Shown in pieces: positions 55,777 through 64,000 of a DNA stretch of 64,000 nt. The stretch comes from Schizochytrium sp. TIO01. Its lineage: Eukaryota; Protista; Bigyra: Labyrinthulomycetes. The first letter of the stretch is position 1. Each line of letters starts with the position of its first letter. The stretch lies in contig SMSO01000032.1 of assembly GCA_004764695.1 (NCBI GenBank), positions 7,720,483-7,784,482 on the forward strand, given 5' to 3'. The notes beneath the pieces are model-generated. The model was not told the origin of the DNA, did not search any database, and saw only the letters and a list, made by a program, of their open reading frames with translations. Made by a program: the position numbers and the translations under genes.

Positions 55777-57210
55777 ATGGCGGACGACGAAGACTGTGCT
55801 CCTACGGTGCAGAACCTTCTCGACCAAACCTCACTGCAATGGATCTTTGTAGGTGGCAAAGGTAAGTCAGGCGCTGGCAGGGAGGGGGAGTGTTTAGAAC
55901 GATAAACTCGAGTAACCAAAGTTATGAGGAGTGATAACCTATGGCTAGCCTGCCAAGCCTGTTTTGATCAGGATAGAATGCTTAATGAGTGTTTTCAGTG
56001 CGACGTGAAGCACTTAGGAACCGACAATTCAGTCCGAGATTAAAACAAAATAGAGGTTATGACGGAATTCTTATACTAACACCTGGAGCAATCTGTATCC
56101 CATCACATGCAATTATGTTCATACTTTTCCATGTGTGCATTATTTGTTCATGAAAATCTATTCTTTCACCTTGTTTTCTTAGGTGGCGTTGGTAAGACTA
56201 CAACAACATGCTGTATTGGTGTGTTGCTGTCTCAGGTGCGACGCAAAGTTTTGATTGTCTCAACTGATCCTGCGCACAATCTGAGTGACGCATTTTGCCA
56301 GAAATTTACGCATGAGCCTACGCTAGTGAATGGATTTAGCAATCTTTATTGCATGGAGATCGAGCCTGCAAGCATGACTTCGGAGGCAAGCGTTGATAGC
56401 TTGGGACTTGGCGAAGAGAGCCCAATGCAGAATATGTTCAAGGAGCTTGGTGGTGCAATGCCCGGCATCGATGAAGCCATGAGCTTCACTGAGATCATGA
56501 AGAGTGTACAGAAGATGGACTATGACGTGATTTGCTTTGATACTGCCCCGACTGGTCACACCCTTCGCCTTCTTCGGTTCCCCACAACCTTGCAAACTGC
56601 CTTTGAAAAAATCATGGAGCTCAAAAACAAGTACGGCGGCCTGTTGAACCAAGCAGCTTCGATGATGGGCCAAAACAGCCAAGGTATGGAGAATGCACTT
56701 CTGGGAAAACTTGAAGAAACCCAACGTGTGATAGGCGAAGTAAACAAGACATTTCGCAACCCAGACAAAACGACTTTCGTCTGCGTATGTATTCCTGAAT
56801 TTCTGTCTGTTTACGAAACTGAGCGTCTTGTCCAGGAGCTCACAAAGTACGAGATTGATGTGCACAACATCGTTGTGAACCAGGTACTTTTTGCTGAACC
56901 AGACGCTTGCAGAAAGCTTCTAGCTCGGAAGCGTATGCAGGACAAGTACCTTGATCAAATTCACGACTTATACGAGGACTTCAACGTAACTGTCATGCCG
57001 ATGCGTGACAACGAGGTGCGGGGTGCTGAAGCGCTCAAGGCATTTTCGCAGTATCTTATCAACCCTTATCGCCCAGCAAAAACCGTCGATGGTGTTGCAT
57101 CCTCCCCTCAAGTTGTGAAGTATCTTATTGATAAGTTTGAGCTTGACAAGGAGGAAGTCTTCAAGGCTCTGGATGAACAAGGACTCACTGTTCCTCGCAT
57201 CGACAATTAA
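55777..57210 (+). CDS. GET3: GET3/ASNA1/TRC40 ATPase; join(55777..55861,56183..57210)
   Basis: Exon 1 encodes [10 protein letters not shown]...WIFVGGK. Splicing restores the deviant Walker A GGKGGVGKTT. Also [34 protein letters not shown] and [14 protein letters not shown]. Confidence 0.95.
55862..56182 (+). other. Spliceosomal GT-AG intron (321 nt, phase 1) in GET3
   Basis: Donor G|GTAAGT at 55861/55862 and acceptor TTGTTTTCTTAG|GT at 56182/56183. TACTAAC at 56074-56080. Removal restores the P-loop in frame. Confidence 0.93.
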
Positions 57211-58222
57211 AATAAAAATAAATCTTTTGCTAGTACGGGACGTTTTGTATCTTTCTCTGCCATTCCGTCTTTGGTCGTAGAGCGCTTTCTTGAGAGTGCA
57301 TTTTTTCAAGCAGTTGCTCATTGATCTCTGTAGCTTAAATAAACTAACAAGTGTTCTTCAAACGGCAGTATAAGAGTTCTTCTTGAAGGATCTGTTTTTT
57401 TAAAAGAATCATTTTCTTTTCATTTTTATACTTTCGAGGATATATAACGAGGAGTTGGCTTCTCTTTAGATGGCTGTTGTCTCTCCTCATTTGTCATTTT
57501 TTAACACTCTAAACTTTTTCCAATTGCTTGTAATATATTCCTTTTTCCCAATGAAGTGAAGTGATGTATGTGAGGTCCTTCGTTTTTTTAAAGGAACAGG
57601 AAACAAAAAAAAGAGCCAGGGAGGAACGTAGACTTTATTTTGCCTAGACTGCAATTATTGTAATTACGGAGGCTGAGTGGACGTGCCAGGGGCTCTAGGT
57701 GACGTACGCTGCTAGGACAGTGTTCTCCCAAGGAGCTAGACATACGAATTCAGTATACTTGCTATTTTATAAACTTCTGCTTCAAATTTTCGATTGAAAC
57801 ATATGCTGTATGTGTTTTCAAAAAAGTTCTCAGAATTGCAATATTTGCTTCATTATTTCTTATCATTGCATGCTATTATTTATCTTGATCGCATATGCTG
57901 CTACATTCAACATGTCATTTAATGCACGCAATCGAAACAAACTTGGTGAGGAAGGACATTAGATTGTTGCCAACGGCTAGTGTTGGATAGATGATTAATT
58001 GCTTGGACCAATGTAATCCAGATCACCTTAAAGCAAATCCACAGAATCTTCTTTTGTTAATTTCCTTAAATTGCTTCAAAGCTAGTCGGCTCGCCATTTG
58101 AGACTTTTTCTAATGATTGGAAAGTGCTCTTTGGGTTCTCAAATCTACGACGTACAGCACATTGTAGAAATAATAACGAATCGCGACATCACCAGATAGG
58201 AAATAGACGATGGCCAAAGTGA

Positions 58223-59890
58223 TTACATAATTCCAAGAGTTTGCATTGTGCAAAAGATCATCGTGCAACAACCAAACAATAGTACGCCACCGTATTTGAT
58301 AAAAGAGTCATCATAGCCAACATTATCAGGATAGCAATGCGGGCAAATGCCGCCGGCTGCTCCGGGTATGAGGGGGTCGAAGTGTGTTGGGTCAGAAAGA
58401 GCCCTTCCACGCTCAGTTTCGGGACACCGGCATTGTGAAATATTTTCAATCCATCGTGAACGCATAGCACAAATTGGCGGGAGAACAAAAGAGATACTCA
58501 CAGCGGAGACATTTCCAGTAAGACCCATAACAAGCCCGAGATCATCGACTAGTAAAGCGATAGTAATACTAATGACAAAAAGGGTCAAAGAAAGGGTAAG
58601 GTGGCGTTTCAGGCTGACATCTTTGATAGAAATGCCCGCAGGAGTACCAGGGATCCGATCCTTGTGACGGTTTTTCCAACGGTACATCATTTCGTTCAGG
58701 ATATGACGGCAAATGAAAAAGCAAATTGGATAGGTGAAAGACATAGTGATCATGAAAAGAACGCGGACGAGGATAATTTTGACATCATCGGGTGCAAAAT
58801 TGTCTAAAATATTTTGCTTCACTGTATCCCGGAACGAGAGGTACCCAGGAATCGCCATCAACATACAGATAATAATAGAACCACCGAGCGCAAAGCGTGT
58901 AACTCGCTTCCAGCGAGCTTGCGAGGCATTACGCAAGGAATTGTAGAACAGGAATGAGGTATCGTGACTAACAAACGCAAATGCGAGGATGCCATACGCT
59001 GCAGAAGGATTCTCACCAACCCAAGTGAGCCAAGGCGCATCTGTATCAGGGCAGGTACTTGGGTCAGTTTCTCGTAGAGGACAATTATCCCCGGCTGCTG
59101 AGGCAGCAACAACAACGAAAATAACGAGGATGACCGCTAAGACCGAAAAGGTGGATGCATGTTCAAGACGGGAGACATCACGCATCAAGCAGAGTGGGAG
59201 AATAAGTGTAACAGCGATACAGAGAATACTTACTTGGCGTAAGAGCGCACGATCTTGCCACACATCAGATGTGAGACCGAGCAAGTCTGTAGATACCTCA
59301 TAGACAACATCGCCACTGACATGGCCTAGAATGATGAGGTAGGTTTGCATTGCACCTGCATCGTACATGAACAAGAGCATGGATATCACTGCCCAACCGC
59401 CAAAACCAAACAATTTGTCCATAAGCTCTTCATAGTTGTGGACGCCTTCACGAAGCCCTGTGTTCACAAGCATCCGAATTGTGTAGTCAGAGGTAGCACC
59501 GACAAAGCAAGCCATAACAAGACCAAATGCGAATCCTGCTTGTTGAAGAGCGAATGGAATAGCAAGGACACCTGATCCTACAACAGTGTTGATGAAGTTG
59601 AATGTCACACGGCAAGTACTTGAGGTACCCTCGATATCATAAACATTGGTACGCTCCATCTCTTCCTGTAAAAGCGATGGCAAACCCATTTCAACATATT
59701 CTTCCTCTTCCTCCTCTTCGGCAGCATGAGAGCTACGATGAGTGCTGTCCCAAGCAAGGGTGTGAATGCGACGAAAGTTGTTTTGGGTCGGTGAAGTCGC
59801 ACTGTAGCTCCGATGAGCATAACGAGCTGATTGGCTACGAATCATATGGGTAGTTTCATCGGGCTCTCCGTGCTCTGTGCGGGAGATCAT
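58223..59890 (-). CDS. Amino-acid transporter, Aa_trans/SLC38 family (SLC38A11-like)
   Basis: Motifs FNFINTVVGSGVLAIPFA, YEELM..LFG..G, AFAFVSHD, GYLSF, TYPI.FF.CR and LPP; about 11 hydrophobic segments. First ATG at 59890. Confidence 0.9.
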   Translation of the reverse strand: MISRTEHGEPDETTHMIRSQSARYAHRSYSATSPTQNNFRRIHTLAWDSTHRSSHAAEEEEEEEYVEMGLPSLLQEEMERTNVYDIEGTSSTCRVTFNFINTVVGSGVLAIPFALQQAGFAFGLVMACFVGATSDYTIRMLVNTGLREGVHNYEELMDKLFGFGGWAVISMLLFMYDAGAMQTYLIILGHVSGDVVYEVSTDLLGLTSDVWQDRALLRQVSILCIAVTLILPLCLMRDVSRLEHASTFSVLAVILVIFVVVAASAAGDNCPLRETDPSTCPDTDAPWLTWVGENPSAAYGILAFAFVSHDTSFLFYNSLRNASQARWKRVTRFALGGSIIICMLMAIPGYLSFRDTVKQNILDNFAPDDVKIILVRVLFMITMSFTYPICFFICRHILNEMMYRWKNRHKDRIPGTPAGISIKDVSLKRHLTLSLTLFVISITIALLVDDLGLVMGLTGNVSAVSISFVLPPICAMRSRWIENISQCRCPETERGRALSDPTHFDPLIPGAAGGICPHCYPDNVGYDDSFIKYGGVLLFGCCTMIFCTMQTLGIM

Positions 59891-61791
59891 AGTGTTGCTA
59901 AATTCTAATCTCAAGAGCTACTTCAGAGAATTTTAACTGACGCAAGGTTTTTGAGAACCTTTAAATTTTTGCTGCTTGCACGTAAGCTAGTGATTTTGGC
60001 GTGCTTATGCTTGTGAGTTGGCTGCTACTTTAAAAGGAGATGCTGCAGAGGTTGGTATCCTCGCAATTTGGTTAAACTCCTTGCTGCTTGACGGTATCTA
60101 CTACACGCCCCCGAGGGCTCGACGGGCGTGAATTGTAAATACCTTACAAGCTAGGCGGGTGGTCAGGGTTCGCAAAGGCGGTAAGAAGAGTGTATGCACA
60201 AGGCAAGGAGCTTGACGCTCCTTAAACCGCTAGCTCCGCCAACGCTGGGCTTATGGCCTATTGTCGTTGGGTAGCTTTGGTTTTGATTATGATAGGCTTC
60301 CTTCCATGCATTTTTAATTTTTTTAATTACCCTACTAGTAGCTACCAGCATCATGCATACCACAACTGCTAGGGAACTACAGTTACCGAAACAGCAATTA
60401 TCACTCTATTATGGTCAGGACCTACGTGATATATTGCCTTTTATTATTTTAACGATATGAAAGCTATTAATTATAATAATAATTATTTGCTCGCTACTTC
60501 AGTTCATGCTATCGTATATTTATTTAAAATAAAATAAAATAAAATACGGTTTAGTAGTACCTACCTAGTTTTATCATGATAATAATTTACAAAATTCGAA
60601 CAATATTAAAAGAATAAAAACAAAACAAAATATGATAGTAATATCATATGAAGCACTACTATCTGAAAACAGTACACTTTCTGACACCCGGTACACTTGA
60701 ATGTTGAATAGTTTAAAGGTAAGTAGAATAAGATGAATGCTGTATTTGGAAGTTATTGCAATAACACCCGAGAGGGTCATCATTACTCTCGATGAAATAT
60801 TCATGAGAGCCATCAAACTCTGATGCGCATTGAAATAGTGGAAAGGATATTCGTAGTTTGATTGTATTAGTTCTGTTTCGTATTTATTGCTTTGAAAATG
60901 CGGAATAACTCTTTAGAAAAATTGCTCGACCTATATAATATGTGTAACTTATGCAGCACATCACTCTCAATAGTGAGGCTATTCCTGTCGTTCCTTTGAC
61001 TTGGGTTTTAAAAAACCAAGTAATACCGGCAGAAACGTTGAAACTTGCTCGTCTCCAAGGAAACTTAGTAAGGAACTACTATTTTTCTTAATTATCCAAC
61101 CACGCTTAATTGAGCAGCCCTTGCTGCATCTTAAAAAACTCCGCACTACCGTTCATTACATATATACTTTTTAATGCTTTATATATATGTGTATAATGAA
61201 AGGATTTAGCACTAAGGACTTTGCTTTGACTTTTGTTTCTACCTAAATTAAAGGACACTTCTAGGTGGTATATATTATGTAGAAACTTAGCAAGCGAGGG
61301 TGGCTGCAAATTTAAGTAATCAAGGAACGGGCAGGGTCTGATAATTAATACAAAGAATTACCACAAAGAATCACTAAAACTGATCAGATAATTGAAAATA
61401 AAGGGGAAAAAAATAAAAAATATAGAGCTCGGTAAAGCTTCCTCTTGTCTTTCAAAAACAGAAACTATTTGAAGCAAGCAAGAATATAGACGTGCTCTAT
61501 TTGCTGGATCATTCTGGGGAATGCCTGGAACCAAAGGATATGGTAAAGATGAGTTTTACACGCCGGCCTGCAATAAATAATATCAATACAAGCATCTCGT
61601 TATTTTCGGCAAGATGTTACTGATTTCTCGATGCAAATGCTTCACAACGTATAGACAGAAATCAATTGAAGTAGTACCTAGGTCCTGGCTCATTTCGGAC
61701 TACTTTTTTTTATTTTATTTTTTAAAATTTCTTAGAAAATAAATTTTTAATAAAGAAATTGCAAGTTAAAATGAGACAATTTGTATCATTA

Positions 61792-61825
61792 TTGTTGCTG
61801 TTGTTGCTGTTGTTGCTGCTGTTGT
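61792..61825. repeat. (TTGTTGCTG)n degenerate microsatellite
   Basis: Read directly from the sequence. Confidence 0.8.
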
Positions 61826-64000
61826 GCTATAAGACACACATCTTCAGTCAGAACTAGAGGAATTATTCATCCATTTTTTTTCTTTCACGCTAAGTATTCA
61901 GGATCGTGAGACAGCATATGCTCATTTTTTTTACAATTAAATGACAGCGCAATCACACTATACTGCGGGTAACTTCTTCAAAGAACGAAACTTTAAAAGT
62001 CTACTTATACCTCTTCCTGTAAAATCATATATAGGAAATTAGAGTAAAGGGGTATTTCCCAGTGGCGATACATACTTGGCCTTACGAAATCATACGAACA
62101 ACTGCTTTTTACTTACGTGCATAGTATCAATTCCCATGAAGCCTGTAACTAGCGTACATGAAGAAGCACCGTATAGACATCCTCAAGTAAAAAATGTTAC
62201 TACTTAGAGGCTAAACAAAAATATGTAAATTGGGGAGTGAAAAACGTTGAAGAGGGGTTGTTGCCATAGAGTTATGCAATGGTATTGTAGTCCTAGCTTG
62301 TATAAACACATCAACGTGATTATCTTGCGCTCGCTTTAGATAGAGATCTGCTAATCATTTCGAGTTTTTATTGCAATTCCTTTATTGTGTTTCTTCTTGC
62401 ACTACAACTTCTATCAAATGACTAACGTGGATTTTATTAGGAATTCATCAGTTATGCTCTTAGCAGGCATACAATTATAGAGTCTATAAAGTTTCGCAGC
62501 AATCCTACCGTTACTGGCACTTCTCAGTTGTAGCATCAACATTTTGCACATCTGATGTATACAGATATTAAGTACGTGCTTCAGAGTTCATTTCTTACTA
62601 GAAAATTAAGGCCCGTGCGTATTTATGTAACAATACATAGGGTCCACTCTAGCTTGGGTCAAGTTTGAGATGAAATTTATTTGGTGATTTGGCCAACTGC
62701 GCACCATTGAAAACAGCGCGAACATATGTTCAAGAAAAATCAAAGTCACGACCCAAGTTCAAAATCTCCAAGCATTTCGTATTTGAAATCATTCAAATTA
62801 ATTTTTCCGGTAGTTAGAGCTGGTACAAAAATAGAAATAAAATAGATCTGGATAGATACCAGGGTTCAGGGAAATATAATACATCAATAGAAATTGAAAA
62901 TTGCATTATATATATATATACTGAAACATCAAGTAGAACAATATATTTATTACCTGCCACCTGGGACATTCTCGCTAATCAGGAACTATTCTTGTGAATT
63001 CTTTAACTCGGATAAACCGCGCAAGGAGAAACATGAGACCTACAGTAAGTACACCAAGGATACCTAGGTAGTAGGTAGGTTTGTTCTTTCTACTTCTAAG
63101 TCTATTTGAAAAAATGATGAAGAAGACAATAGTGAAATTAAGTAAAGAGCGTAGATAAGTTTTCCTTTGAATTTAGTTGTACATCTCATATTGCAGAATA
63201 ACCACTATAACTACTAATTTTTTACTATTTTAAAATAGTAAAATTAAAAAGTTATACCATAGGTATGGTATTTAGGCATAATCTATAGGACTTTTATATC
63301 TATTATTTAGCAAAAATGAGATGATGTTTTGTTTTAATTTTTACTACTTTTTTTAATACTTTTTACCAAGTAGTAGGTAGTTAGTACCTTACTATAACAT
63401 ACCTACCCACTAACAACAAAGAAACAAACACTGCGTCATGTGGTGTATCTTGTTGCTGTAGACGGCAGTGGCTGAGTTACGATATATACAGCTATGTATA
63501 TACATAGTATGCGCAGCAGCTTTCATAATCACCCACTGAGCACCTAGGTAGCCATCTCAATGCGCAAATAAAGTTGCGAGCTAGAATAAATTGCTCATTT
63601 TAAGGCCTTCGTATTTTTACAAGTAGGTAAGCCTACCACAAGGACTATCTAGTAACAAAAGATAAGTAAGGTTAGTATTTGAACCTCCGTGCGTCGTGCC
63701 AATTTGGGTTGCGGCATGAGTGGCTATGAATTGTTAAAAGTCCTTTATCACTCTCTCCTTGTCTTTTCACACTGCCTGACAGGAGTTTTAAGTCTCTTTA
63801 ATCGCCTACCTCATTATTTGGGCCACTTTGCTGTTGAGGTTAATTACTTAAAGAGCAACTAACAGTTGTATTAGCGTTCTGTATTTATATGTGTGCGGAA
63901 AGACAGACGAAAACTTATGCAAGTTGCGAACTACAGTGTGTTTGATTGTTTGCATTAACCCGGCACATAAAACATACAACTTTGAACTTTGAAATCCCAA

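Noticed and set aside
56107-56182. ORF-track N-terminus of GET3 (MQLCSYF...)
   Set aside because: It is intronic; the real N-terminus is exon 1 at 55777-55861.
56323-56865. 180-aa ORF antisense to GET3, and similar short ORFs overlapping other genes
   Set aside because: Antisense or alternate-frame shadows with no independent evidence.
1-64000. tRNA, rRNA, CRISPR arrays, prokaryotic operons, recoded stop codons
   Set aside because: No cloverleaf, rRNA signature or repeat-spacer array was seen, and all genes translate cleanly in the standard code.

Overview
This is a eukaryotic, intron-poor window. GC-richer, mostly single-exon genes alternate with AT-rich, microsatellite-rich intergenic DNA. 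That style plus a flagellar dynein suggests a flagellated protist, plausibly a labyrinthulomycete/thraustochytrid; this is inference and was not verified. I call 15 protein-coding genes: the 3' part of coatomer beta, a TFxP-repeat coiled-coil protein, a PKA-like kinase, an ankyrin protein, sideroflexin, an axonemal inner-arm dynein heavy chain, a C3HC zinc-finger protein, a small Cys-rich membrane protein, AAGAB/p34, TMEM260, RIC1, a multi-FHA CaaX protein, SAC1, GET3 (one intron) and an SLC38-type amino-acid transporter. I found no supportable tRNA, rRNA, CRISPR array or intact mobile element. The strongest unexplained signal is an intergenic family of TAGG half-site motifs. The exact palindrome TAGGTACCTA occurs four times. 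Three copies lie 400-455 bp upstream of a start codon, and the fourth has no annotated gene downstream. Other points of interest are loss of the second cysteine of a CxxC motif in both members of the head-to-head SAC1/GET3 pair, an unusual prenylated multi-FHA protein, and a run of endomembrane genes. All family assignments are by motif recognition from memory; no searches were run.
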